A stretch of 64,000 nt of DNA from Acidimicrobiales bacterium (GTDB lineage: Bacteria > Actinomycetota > Acidimicrobiia > Acidimicrobiales > Aldehydirespiratoraceae): contig JAWKIR010000004.1 in assembly GCA_041394245.1 (NCBI GenBank), forward strand, positions 131,170 through 195,169, written 5' to 3'. Position 1 is the first letter of the stretch; the number at the start of each line of letters is the position of its first letter. This document shows positions 1-8,313 of the stretch, piece by piece. The notes under the pieces are model-generated. The model worked only from the letters and a program-made list of their open reading frames with translations, was not told the DNA's origin and ran no database searches. Both the position numbers and the translations under genes were made by a program.

Positions 1-2044
1 CGTCGTCGGCGAACCCGAGGATCTTGTCGGTGTCGCGCGGCTGGTTCAACCGGCCCGCGAGCTGTTCGATCTGGTGGGGGCTGCGCTGCTCGCCGACCCA
101 TTCGGCCAGGCGACGGCTGATGCCACGGGGCGGCCGACGGACCGCGGTCTCGAGTGCCGCGGCGGGCAGCGCCTGTTCGGGGGCGACGGCGACCCGCAGC
201 CACGCGAGCGCGCCGGCGACTCCGGTGCGCTCGAGGAAGTGGGCGTCGACGGGCGAACTCGTGGGGATCCCCGCCTCGCCGAGCAGGAGCATGGGGCCGA
301 GCAGTGTGGCGTTGACCCGGGTCAACACCGCGATGTCGGCCGGTCGCACGCCACCCTCGACGAGTTGCACGACCCGCTCGACGGTGGCCGCGAGCGGATC
401 GGTGTCTGTTGCGATCTCGAGCTCCCCTGCCTCGGTCGGACGCCCCGGGGCCGCTTCGATGGTCTTGGTGATGCGCCGCCGGTTGTGGGTGAGCAGCGTC
501 GCGGCCGCGGCGACGACGGTCGGTGGACACCGGTAGTTGACCCGCAGGTCGTGGGCGCCACTGCCGGGGAAGAGGTCGGCGAAGTCGATCAGCCACGAGG
601 GCGACGCCCCTGCGTAGCCGTAGATCGTCTGGTCGTCGTCGCCGACGCCGAACACGTCGGCGGTCGGGCCCGCCAGGAGGCGGATGAGCAGGACATGAGC
701 GGGGGTGAGGTCCTGGAACTCGTCGACGAGGAGGACGCCACACGCCCGCCGAGCCGCCGCTCTCGCCATCGGATCGGTGCAGAGCACCTCGATCGCGCCG
801 AGGATCTGTTCGTCGAAGTCGACGACGCCGGCTCGCGCCAGACGGGCGCGGAACTCGGGAACCACGTTGGCGAAGTCGCGGACGTCGCCACCGAACTCCT
901 GCTCGACCGCACTCGGCGAGCGGAGGCCCAGACGGGTGGCGGTGAGTGCCTCCAGCCAGACCGCCATCGGATCGGCCATCGCCTGGCGGCGACCACCGAC
1001 GAGGTCGTCGAGCACCCGGCGGATCTCGCGCTCGTCGATGACCCTCGGTGCACGACGACCGGCCGGGGCGACGAACGGCCCGCGGCCGGCCAGGATCGCG
1101 AGCGCCAGGGAGTTGAGGGTGCGGATCTCGAGGCCGGGCAGATCGGTGGTGCGCTCCTGCATCTCCTCGCGGGCGCGGACGTTGAACGCGACCATGCAGA
1201 TGGCCGACGGGTCGATCCCCCGGTCCTTCACGAGATGGCGGGCCCGTTCGGTCAGGACCCGGGTCTTGCCCGAACCGGCCGGCGCGATGATCCGGGCGCC
1301 GCCACCGCCGTGGCTGACGGCGGCGAGCTGGTCGGCGGCGAGGTCGGCCTCGGGCCGACCGGTGCCCAACGCCTGCAACGAGCCGATGCGCAGATGGACC
1401 GCGGGCACCACGGGTGCTCCCAGCTCGTCGGGGTCGAACCAGTCGAGTGGCCCGCCGTCGACCCATGCCGGACCGTTGGCGGTGTCGATGTCGCCGGGAC
1501 CGGTCGTGCGCACGGTCGCCCCGGCCGCCACGGCGGCACTCACCTCGGTGATGGTCGGTGCGGAGGGGTCGCGGGCATCGACCGAGTGGCTGAGCACCAG
1601 GTGCCGCAGGAGCTCACCGTCGAGATCGGTCTCCGGAGCGAGATGCCAGTAGTCGACGTCGAGCACCGGATCGGCCGGAGGGAGTTCGCTCGCCAGCTCG
1701 ATCACGACCCGCTGGCGGAGGTGACGAGCGTCTCGGAGCTTCGACAGCGCGTCGGGGGAGTCGTCGACGACGATCCGCAGCGCGTCGGCCCAGGGTTCGG
1801 GAGCCGCGTCGCCCGGGAGCACGACGAGGTTGCGGGCGAGAGCGGCCGGCCCGGCGAGGTGTGTCCAGTCGGCGACGAGTGTGACCGTGGGGGCGGTGCG
1901 CTGCGGTGGTCGACCGGTCGCCGACGGGCCCGACCTGGTCGCTGGGGCGGACTCGGCAGCGGGAGCCGCGCCGGGCTCGGCCGAGCACGTGCGTACTTCG
2001 GCGACGGTGGCGTGGCGTCCACCGCAGTGTCCGCAGGCGATCAT
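1..2044 (-). CDS. UvrD/Rep/PcrA-family (SF1) DNA helicase with ~270-aa N-terminal extension; 3' end lies beyond the window
   Basis: Not on the ORF track because no stop lies in the window. Manual minus-strand translation from ATG 2044..2042 gives MIACGHCGGRHATVAEVRTC... and stays open to nt 1 (681 codons). Motifs: Walker A IIAPAGSGKT, motif II LLVDEFQD, motif III GVGDDDQTIYGYAGA, motif IV VNYRCP. Plus-strand ORF 74..2191 is its antisense shadow. Confidence 0.85.
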   Translation of the reverse strand, partial: MIACGHCGGRHATVAEVRTCSAEPGAAPAAESAPATRSGPSATGRPPQRTAPTVTLVADWTHLAGPAALARNLVVLPGDAAPEPWADALRIVVDDSPDALSKLRDARHLRQRVVIELASELPPADPVLDVDYWHLAPETDLDGELLRHLVLSHSVDARDPSAPTITEVSAAVAAGATVRTTGPGDIDTANGPAWVDGGPLDWFDPDELGAPVVPAVHLRIGSLQALGTGRPEADLAADQLAAVSHGGGGARIIAPAGSGKTRVLTERARHLVKDRGIDPSAICMVAFNVRAREEMQERTTDLPGLEIRTLNSLALAILAGRGPFVAPAGRRAPRVIDEREIRRVLDDLVGGRRQAMADPMAVWLEALTATRLGLRSPSAVEQEFGGDVRDFANVVPEFRARLARAGVVDFDEQILGAIEVLCTDPMARAAARRACGVLLVDEFQDLTPAHVLLIRLLAGPTADVFGVGDDDQTIYGYAGASPSWLIDFADLFPGSGAHDLRVNYRCPPTVVAAAATLLTHNRRRITKTIEAAPGRPTEAGELEIATDTDPLAATVERVVQLVEGGVRPADIAVLTRVNATLLGPMLLLGEAGIPTSSPVDAHFLERTGVAGALAWLRVAVAPEQALPAAALETAVRRPPRGISRRLAEWVGEQRSPHQIEQLAGRLNQPRDTDKILGFADD

Positions 2045-2105
2045 GGTTTCGTTCCCGGCATCGGATGCACCGTACGCCGGTCCTCTGACACTCTGGCGCG
2101 TCGGG

Positions 2106-3506
2106 TCAGGCCGGCGCGCGGTGACCCCGGGCGTGGAGACGGGCGGCCAGCGGTGCGCCGACAAGGCTCAGCACCACGAGCAGCACCATGACGGAGCGAA
2201 GACCATCGATGACCGACGCTTCCCTCGCGAGCAGGGCGATCACGATCGCCGCCGACACCGTCTGGCCGATGTCCTGTGCGATCCGGTTCATCGCGCCGCC
2301 GACACCGAGACGCTCCTGGCCGACGTTGGACAGGGCCGCGGCCTGGCATGCCGCGTGGGCGAGCCCGACGCCCATGCCGTAGATCACGACGAAGGGCACC
2401 CACACGGCGAGCAATTGTCGCTCCTCGGTGACGGTCGCGAACATGAAGACCCCGGCGGCCGCCATCAGGAGTGCACCCGGGAGGATCACGTATTTGTGGC
2501 CGAACCGGTCGGCGAAACGGCCCGACACGATCGACATCGGACCGGCGATGGCGGGGATCATCCCGACCGCCAGGCCGGATCGGAGCAGCGACAGACCCCA
2601 GCCCTCGTTCATGAGCTGCACGAACGCGAGGAACGTTCCGGCGAACGTGCCGGCCACGAGGAACGAGAGTCCGCTGCCGAGGGCGAAGTCGTGGTCCCGG
2701 AAGAGCGGCAGATGGAGGATCGGTTCGTCGTGACGGGAGGAGCGGCGGATCAACCCGGTGAGGAGGACGGCGGCGGCGGCCAGCGTCAGCAGGGTCGACG
2801 GGGCCGTGTAGCCCCAGTCGTCGCTCTGGACGATGCCGAGGGCGAGCGCCGCCACACCCGCCATGAGGAGTGCCCCGCCGAGGAGGTCTGGCGGTCGGCG
2901 ACGCGAGACGTCGGGGACGAAGGTCCGTGGCAGCCGCGGGGCGACGAGCGCGAACACGATGATGCCCAACGGCACGTTCAGGAAGAACGCCCAGCGCCAG
3001 GTGAGGTTGTCGATCAGGGCACCGCCGACTGCCGGTCCGACCGCGGTGGCGACACCACCGACCGCCCCGAGGGCGCCCACCGCAGTGGAGCGGCGTTCCG
3101 CCGGGAACTCGTCGAGCACCAGGGCGAGCGATGCCGGCGATTCGATGGCGAGCCCGGCGGCCTGCACCATGCGTGCCGCGATCAGGAAGTGGACCGTCGG
3201 CGCGGTCGAGACCAGCAGGCTCCCGAGGATGAACGTCCCGAACCCGATGAGGAACATCCGGGATCGCCCGAAGCGATCGGCGGCCCATCCGGCGGGCACG
3301 AACACCGCCGCAGTGGTGATCGAGAACGCGGTCAGCGTCCAGGACACGGTTCCGGCACTGGCCTCGAACGACTTCTCGATTTCGCCGAACGCCACGAAGA
3401 CGAGTGAGAAGTTCAGCGTGCCCAGCGCCACCGCGCCGGCGATGAGACCATAGATCCGCCAGGGCGAGCGCGGGCGGGGGTCCGGGTCGTCGGTGCCGAT
3501 GTCCAC
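2106..3506 (-). CDS. MFS transporter (DHA2/EmrB-QacA-like size class)
   Basis: Track ORF of 466 aa with a GTG start at 3506. Hydrophobic multi-TM protein with the MFS loop motif GWAADRFGRSRM. Overlapping ORFs 2041..3612(-) and 1830..3407(+) are Arg/Pro-rich shadows. Confidence 0.85.
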   Translation of the reverse strand: MDIGTDDPDPRPRSPWRIYGLIAGAVALGTLNFSLVFVAFGEIEKSFEASAGTVSWTLTAFSITTAAVFVPAGWAADRFGRSRMFLIGFGTFILGSLLVSTAPTVHFLIAARMVQAAGLAIESPASLALVLDEFPAERRSTAVGALGAVGGVATAVGPAVGGALIDNLTWRWAFFLNVPLGIIVFALVAPRLPRTFVPDVSRRRPPDLLGGALLMAGVAALALGIVQSDDWGYTAPSTLLTLAAAAVLLTGLIRRSSRHDEPILHLPLFRDHDFALGSGLSFLVAGTFAGTFLAFVQLMNEGWGLSLLRSGLAVGMIPAIAGPMSIVSGRFADRFGHKYVILPGALLMAAAGVFMFATVTEERQLLAVWVPFVVIYGMGVGLAHAACQAAALSNVGQERLGVGGAMNRIAQDIGQTVSAAIVIALLAREASVIDGLRSVMVLLVVLSLVGAPLAARLHARGHRAPA

Positions 3507-3562
3507 CGGGGATGGCTACACCCCTGAGTGCGTCGACCGGAAATCGTGCGAGACTCTGGGCC

Positions 3563-4300
3563 ATGAGTGAACGAATCGGAGTCATGGGAGCCGGAGTGAT
3601 GGGGTCGGGCATCGCTCAGGTGCTCGCCCTCTCGGGCCACGAAGTCGTGTGCCGAGATCTCACCGACGCGGTGCTCGACGCCGCCCGGGAGGGGGTCGAC
3701 ACCGGTCGTTTCGGTGTGAGGAGCGCCGTCGAACGGGGCAAGCTCACGACCGAGGAAGCCGACGCGGCGCTCGCCCGTCTCACCTTCACGACCGACCTCG
3801 ATGCCGCGGTCGACGTCGACCTGATCATCGAGGCGGTCCCGGAGAACCTCGGTCTCAAGATCAAGTTCTGGCGCGACCTCGACGAGTTGGCGCCGCCCGA
3901 CACGATCTTCGCGAGCAACTCGTCGGGGTTCCCGATCGTGGCGATGGCGGCCGGGACCAAGCGGCCCGACAAGTTCATCGGATGGCACTGGGCGTCGCCG
4001 GCGCCGGTGATGAAGCTGGCCGAGATCGTGCGCGGCCCCGACACGAGCGATGCCACGGTCGACACGGTCGTCCGTCTCGCCGCAGCGGCCGGCAAGAACC
4101 CCGTCGTCGTCCAGGACAACGACCAGAACTGGGGCTATGTCGCCAACCGGGTGTATTTCGCCATGGTCCGGGAGGCCAACCGTGTGGTCGCCGAGGGAGT
4201 CGCCGACCGGGCTCAGGTCGACCAGTTGATGCGCGACTGCTTCCGCTGGCCATCGGGCCCCTACGGAATGGTGGCCGGCGCCGGCTCCGGCTGGTCGTGA
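3563..4300 (+). CDS. 3-hydroxyacyl-CoA / 3-hydroxybutyryl-CoA dehydrogenase family protein
   Basis: Track ORF 3512..4300. Start moved to ATG 3563 so the protein opens MSERIGVMGAGVMGSGIAQV (Rossmann GxGxxG). Central FASNSSG and GWHWASPAPVMKLAEIV match the HADH family. The C-terminal domain looks shorter than typical. Confidence 0.8.
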   Translation: MSERIGVMGAGVMGSGIAQVLALSGHEVVCRDLTDAVLDAAREGVDTGRFGVRSAVERGKLTTEEADAALARLTFTTDLDAAVDVDLIIEAVPENLGLKIKFWRDLDELAPPDTIFASNSSGFPIVAMAAGTKRPDKFIGWHWASPAPVMKLAEIVRGPDTSDATVDTVVRLAAAAGKNPVVVQDNDQNWGYVANRVYFAMVREANRVVAEGVADRAQVDQLMRDCFRWPSGPYGMVAGAGSGWS

Positions 4301-4560
4301 TGGGGTGGCTGTCGTGGATCGTCCCCGGTCTGATCGTCGGGCTCATCGCCCGGGTCTTCGTGCCCACGGGCAGGAACTGGGGTTGCCTCGGCACCATCCT
4401 TCTCGGCATCGCCGGATCGTTCGTCGGCGGGTTGATTGCCTCGATCATGGCGGACGGTGAGTTCGACCTGAGCCGCACCGAGAGCTGGATCGGTGCGACC
4501 GTCGGCGCCATCGTCATCCTGGTCGTGATCCGGGTCGCCACTCCGCGAACTCCCGAGTGA
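4300..4560 (+). CDS. GlsB/YeaQ/YmgE-family small membrane (transglycosylase-associated) protein
   Basis: Tail of track ORF 3649..4560. ATG 4300 overlaps the upstream TGA (TGATG). The 86-aa product MGWLSWIVPGLIVGLIARVFVP...GIAGSFVGGLIAS is a glycine-zipper TM protein typical of the family. Confidence 0.75.
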   Translation: MGWLSWIVPGLIVGLIARVFVPTGRNWGCLGTILLGIAGSFVGGLIASIMADGEFDLSRTESWIGATVGAIVILVVIRVATPRTPE

Positions 4561-4616
4561 GCACCCGCGGCGAGCCGGCCGGGGAACCGACGTGGCCGAC
4601 GGGGTACCGTCAGGGC

Positions 4617-5306
4617 ATGGACTTCGATGAAGTGATGGCCGCGTTGGAGGCCGAAGGCACCGCGCAGAATCGCAAGGTCTACGCCCGCCACGGCGCCCGG
4701 GAGCCCATGTTCGGCGTGAGTCACACCGCGCTCGGCCAGCTCGAGAAGACCATCCGGGTCGACCACGAGCTCGGCCTCGCCCTGTGGGATTCCGGCAACC
4801 ACGACGCTCGCATGCTGGCGGCGAAGGTCGTCGACCCCGACTTGTTCACGGCGAAGCTCGCCGACGCGTGGGCGCGCGATGCCGCGTGTTACCAGACCGC
4901 CGGCGCCGTGGCCGATGTCGTCGCCCAGTCGCCCGTGGTCCGCTCGCGCAGCGACGTGTGGCGCGATCGCAGGGGTGAATGGGTCGCCAGCGCGGGCTGG
5001 GGAATCGTCGCCCGCACCTGCGAAGACGAGGAGCTGTGGTCCATCGCCGATCTCCGGGCACTGCTGCGCCGGATCGAGGACGAGATCCACGATCGACCCA
5101 ATCGCGTCCGTCACGAGATGAACATGGCGATGATCGCCATCGCGCTGCGCAACGCGGCGCTCCAGCGCCTCGCCATGAGCGCAGCCAAGCGCGTGGGCCC
5201 GGTCGAGGTCGATCACGGCGACACGAACTGCACCACGCCCGACGCCTGCGACTACATCGACAAGACAGTCGGCTACCGCCAGCGGCGGACGGTCAGATCC
5301 GGCTGA
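4617..5306 (+). CDS. DNA alkylation repair protein (AlkD/AlkC-like HEAT-repeat glycosylase family)
   Basis: Track ORF 4557..5306, with start placed at ATG 4617 (MDFDEVMAALEAEG). Family-typical strings: NRKVYARHG, FGVSHTALGQLEK, LWDSGNHDARMLA, NRVRHEMNMAMIAIALRN, VDHGDTNCTTPDACDYI. Confidence 0.75.
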   Translation: MDFDEVMAALEAEGTAQNRKVYARHGAREPMFGVSHTALGQLEKTIRVDHELGLALWDSGNHDARMLAAKVVDPDLFTAKLADAWARDAACYQTAGAVADVVAQSPVVRSRSDVWRDRRGEWVASAGWGIVARTCEDEELWSIADLRALLRRIEDEIHDRPNRVRHEMNMAMIAIALRNAALQRLAMSAAKRVGPVEVDHGDTNCTTPDACDYIDKTVGYRQRRTVRSG

Positions 5307-6192
5307 TGTCGTAGCGGAACGGGGCCGGGCGGTGCCGCTCGGGTCCCGCGCCGCCCAGTTTCACGAGGCGCACGATCCGCTGGCGATGGCCGGCGTAGGG
5401 CGCGAGCGCCTCGAGCATCGTGTCGTCGTCGCCGTGCTCGTTGCCGGTCAGTGCGTACGTGACCATCCGGGGGATGTGGAGATCGCCGACCGGCACGGCG
5501 TCGGGGTCGCCACCGGCGATCGCCGTGGTCAGGCCGGTCGTCCACGGGCCGATGCCGGGAAGTCGCTGCAGCCATTCCGCCGCATCCGCGGTTGGCACCT
5601 CGTGGAGCCGCTCGACCCGGTCGGCGTATTTCGCGGCCACCCGCAAGACCCGACCGCGGCTCCGTTCGATGCCGACGCGATGGAGATCGTGGTCGGTGAG
5701 CCGCAGGATCGCGGCGGGTGACGGGAACGTGTTCGCCGGGCCCGCAGGCGACGGCGTGCCGTAGCGACGGGAGAGTTGCTCGCGGCTCGCGGTGGCGTCG
5801 GCGGTGACGACGCGTTGGCCGATGACGGAGGTCGCCAGTGCCTCGTACCAGCGGCCCGTTGCCCCGAGACGCAGCGACGCGAAGCGGTCCGCCAACCGGC
5901 CGAGCAGGGCATCACCGGGTCGGAAGTCATCCACTGCGTCGTCGGCCGCGCCGAGCAGGTACGGGAGTTGGGTGAGGGCCCAGTCGGTCCCCGGCCCCCA
6001 GCTGTCGGCCCGCACGAGACCCGTCGCGGTGCGGAACGCGACGGTGGCGTTCCCTTCGGGGGTCTCGGTGGTCCACCAGTGGATGCCACGGCGTCGGCGA
6101 ACGGTTTTCGCACCCATGAGGGCGAAGTCGACGTCGACGGGGTACGCCGGCCGATAGGTGGTCGAGGCGGTCGGCGAGGGGAGATCGCTCAC
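5293..6192 (-). CDS. alkA: DNA-3-methyladenine glycosylase II (AlkA-like, HhH-GPD superfamily)
   Basis: C-terminal 300 codons of track ORF 5293..6507. HhH-GPD strings LPGIGPWTTGLTTAIAGGDPDAVPVGDLHIPR. Start placed at GTG 6192 (VSDLPSPTAST), because the upstream part of the ORF overlaps gene 6218..6607 on the same strand. Confidence 0.75.
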   Translation of the reverse strand: MSDLPSPTASTTYRPAYPVDVDFALMGAKTVRRRRGIHWWTTETPEGNATVAFRTATGLVRADSWGPGTDWALTQLPYLLGAADDAVDDFRPGDALLGRLADRFASLRLGATGRWYEALATSVIGQRVVTADATASREQLSRRYGTPSPAGPANTFPSPAAILRLTDHDLHRVGIERSRGRVLRVAAKYADRVERLHEVPTADAAEWLQRLPGIGPWTTGLTTAIAGGDPDAVPVGDLHIPRMVTYALTGNEHGDDDTMLEALAPYAGHRQRIVRLVKLGGAGPERHRPAPFRYDISRI

Positions 6193-6217
6193 CGCACCAT
6201 CATGGCGCGCGGTACGT

Positions 6218-6607
6218 TCACGAACCGCCGAACAGGGGAGTGCCGTCGGAGCGCTCGTCGGCGAAGGTGAGGAACTCGCGATCGGTCGGATCGTCGAGGC
6301 CCCATGCGGCTGCCGCTTCGGCGATGGCTGCCCGGGTCCGGTCTCCGATGATGCCGTCGACCTGCGAGACATCGTCGAGGAAACCCTCCAGCACGAGGTG
6401 GAACTGGAGGCGGGCCCGCTCCTCGTCGTCGAGTGGGAGCTCGGGCACGTCGTCGACCACGAGATCGACGACGTCGCCACCGTCGGCCAGCACGGCGCCG
6501 TCGTCACCGAAGGCCCGGCTGAGCGTGGGCGATGCGAGCCGGGTCATGCCCCAGAGGGCAGCGACGAGAAGTCCGAGAAGGGCGATGCCTTGGAGATGAG
6601 TACGCAT
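6218..6607 (-). CDS. Secreted or membrane-anchored protein with peptidoglycan-binding (PG_binding_1-like) domain
   Basis: 129-aa ORF with an N-terminal hydrophobic signal or anchor (IALLGLLVAALWG). The C-terminal LEGFLDDVSQVDGIIGDRTRAAIAEAAAAWGL resembles the PGBD repeat. Confidence 0.6.
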   Translation of the reverse strand: MRTHLQGIALLGLLVAALWGMTRLASPTLSRAFGDDGAVLADGGDVVDLVVDDVPELPLDDEERARLQFHLVLEGFLDDVSQVDGIIGDRTRAAIAEAAAAWGLDDPTDREFLTFADERSDGTPLFGGS

Positions 6608-6709
6608 GGGGGGAGTGGCCTCGCAAGAGAGGGTCTCACCGTTGGACGCCGCGCGTCACCAGGAAGTTCCCGATCGTCACCAAGCTGCAACGTCGAAACC
6701 GCCGACGGT

Positions 6710-7786
6710 TCAGGGTCGGCTGAGCCCTCCACCGACGACCGGCGGGAGATCGAGCGTTCCCAGGGTCCGGTTCTCGGCCGCGATGACCGCGGGGATGGCG
6801 TTGACCAGTCGAGCCGCGGCGGTGGCGTTGCCGCCGTCGGCCGGGTTGTCGCTGCCGTCGGTCGCGTGGATCGACATCTCGATCCGTGGGCTGCCCTCGA
6901 TGATCAGCCGGTGCTCACCCGTCTTGCCGGGGGCCGGTGTCGGCCAGTCGGGCGCCAGTTCGGGTGAGATACGCGTGATGTGTTCGACGACGAGCCGCGG
7001 CACGCCCTCGACCATCCCGGTGACCTCGAACCGGAAGGCTCCCTGGGTGCCGGCATCGAATCGCCCCTGCACGGTGTCGACCGCGGCGTCGAGCTCGAGG
7101 CGTTCGATCGACTCGGTGATGTCGTCGACGGTGACACCGAGACCGTCGGCCATCGTGTGGATCATCGGACCCCAGATCATCGTGGGAACCGTCGGGATCA
7201 GCATGGGCGGCAGCTGGTCGAGTGGTTTGCCGAACCCGATCACCTCGCGCACGATCTCGGGCGCGTCGTAGGTCGAGTAGTCGAAGAGCTCCTGGACCCG
7301 GATCTCGTCGATGCGCCCACCGACACCGCTCACGAGCAGCGGCAGGATGTCCTGGGCCCACCCCGGGTCGATTCCCGAGACGTAGATGCTGCTGCCGCCC
7401 TCGGCGCACGCGGCGTCGACGCGAGCCAGCAGCTGCGGGTTCGCCGTGGGCGGGTGGAGCAGTCCGTAGATCGCCGGGGTGACGACGCTCGCCCCGGCCC
7501 GCAGGCAGGCGAGAACGTCGTCGAGCGCTGCGTCGGGACGGGTGTCGCCGCTCGCCGCGTAGACGACCGCGTCGGGCCGCCGGGCCAGCACCGCCGCGGC
7601 GTCGTCGGTCGCGACGACACCGACCGGGTCGATGCCGGCCAACACCCCCGCATCGCGCCCGACCTTGGCCGGATTGCTCACGATGACATCGACGAGCTCG
7701 AGCCCACGATGGGCGAGCACCGTGCGCAGGGCGGTCCGACCGACGTTGCCGGTGCCCCAGACGACGACCTTCTTCGCGTCGGTCAC
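6710..7786 (-). CDS. NAD(P)-binding DapB-like / amine-dehydrogenase-family oxidoreductase
   Basis: 358-aa ORF whose GTG start forms a GTGA overlap with the upstream gene. N-terminal Rossmann KVVVWGTGNVGR. Overall resemblance to the dihydrodipicolinate-reductase-like family that includes 2,4-diaminopentanoate dehydrogenase. Confidence 0.7.
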   Translation of the reverse strand: MTDAKKVVVWGTGNVGRTALRTVLAHRGLELVDVIVSNPAKVGRDAGVLAGIDPVGVVATDDAAAVLARRPDAVVYAASGDTRPDAALDDVLACLRAGASVVTPAIYGLLHPPTANPQLLARVDAACAEGGSSIYVSGIDPGWAQDILPLLVSGVGGRIDEIRVQELFDYSTYDAPEIVREVIGFGKPLDQLPPMLIPTVPTMIWGPMIHTMADGLGVTVDDITESIERLELDAAVDTVQGRFDAGTQGAFRFEVTGMVEGVPRLVVEHITRISPELAPDWPTPAPGKTGEHRLIIEGSPRIEMSIHATDGSDNPADGGNATAAARLVNAIPAVIAAENRTLGTLDLPPVVGGGLSRP

Positions 7787-8229
7787 GCGTCCGCCGTGGT
7801 GCCGAGGCGGGCTTCCGCGGCATCGAGTGCCGCGACGACGAAGCCGGCGATGCCGGCCGGGAGCTTGTTGCGCTTGAAGACGTTGCCGCCGATCCAGTCG
7901 CCGCCGCGCAGCTTCACGACGTCGGCGAGCCCGTCGACGACCTTTCCGGCATGGAGCGCGTAGGTGAGGAAGCCCGCCGTCGGCTTGCCCCAGATGCCCG
8001 GGAGGTCGAGGAGACGGCCGGCGTCGCCCGGCCGGTGGCCGCCGATGACGATGCCGTCGGTCCAGGTGCCGACGAAGACCATGTCGGCGTCCTTCAAGAA
8101 ATCGAGGTTCGCCTTGCGCGACGGCCAGACGCCGACCTCGTGGCCCAGCTCTTGCGCGGCAGCGCCGATCATCTCGGCGGCGCGGGCGGTGTTGCCGGTA
8201 CGGCTCTCGTAGACGACGGCGACCTTCAC
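7783..8229 (-). CDS. Flavodoxin-family protein
   Basis: Track ORF 7783..8259. Start placed at GTG 8229 (VKVAVVYESRTGNTARAAEMI, FMN-loop S-x-TGNT), preceded by AGGAG with a 6-nt spacer. Confidence 0.75.
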   Translation of the reverse strand: MKVAVVYESRTGNTARAAEMIGAAAQELGHEVGVWPSRKANLDFLKDADMVFVGTWTDGIVIGGHRPGDAGRLLDLPGIWGKPTAGFLTYALHAGKVVDGLADVVKLRGGDWIGGNVFKRNKLPAGIAGFVVAALDAAEARLGTTADA

Positions 8230-8251
8230 GTGAAACTCCTGGGATACCGGT

Positions 8252-8271
8252 GACGACACGGGCGTGTCGTC
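8252..8271 (-). terminator. GC hairpin downstream of the diguanylate cyclase gene
   Basis: GACGACAC-GGGC-GTGTCGTC (8-bp stem, 4-nt loop), 43 nt past the stop at 8314 and just upstream of the flavodoxin RBS. No U-tract. Confidence 0.4.
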
Positions 8272-8313
8272 CCGTGATCCTGGCAGGTCAGCGGCCCGCG
8301 CGCACGGTTCGGT

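Noticed and set aside
74-2191. 705-aa plus-strand ORF, the longest listed ORF in the first 2 kb.
   Set aside because: Its composition (Gly/Arg/Asp/Val-rich, no recognisable motifs) is that of an antisense shadow. The opposite strand encodes a motif-perfect UvrD-like helicase in a frame open from 2044 to nt 1.
2041-3612. 523-aa minus-strand ORF and 525-aa plus-strand ORF (1830..3407) overlapping the MFS gene.
   Set aside because: They are extremely Arg/Pro-rich off-frame translations. The 2106..3506 frame gives a coherent multi-TM MFS protein.
6608-6709. Possible ydaO (cyclic-di-AMP) type riboswitch upstream of the peptidoglycan-binding-domain gene.
   Set aside because: Only about 100 nt are available, and I could not recognise the conserved pseudo-two-fold ydaO motifs. 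It is probably just a promoter plus a short hairpin after the upstream gene.
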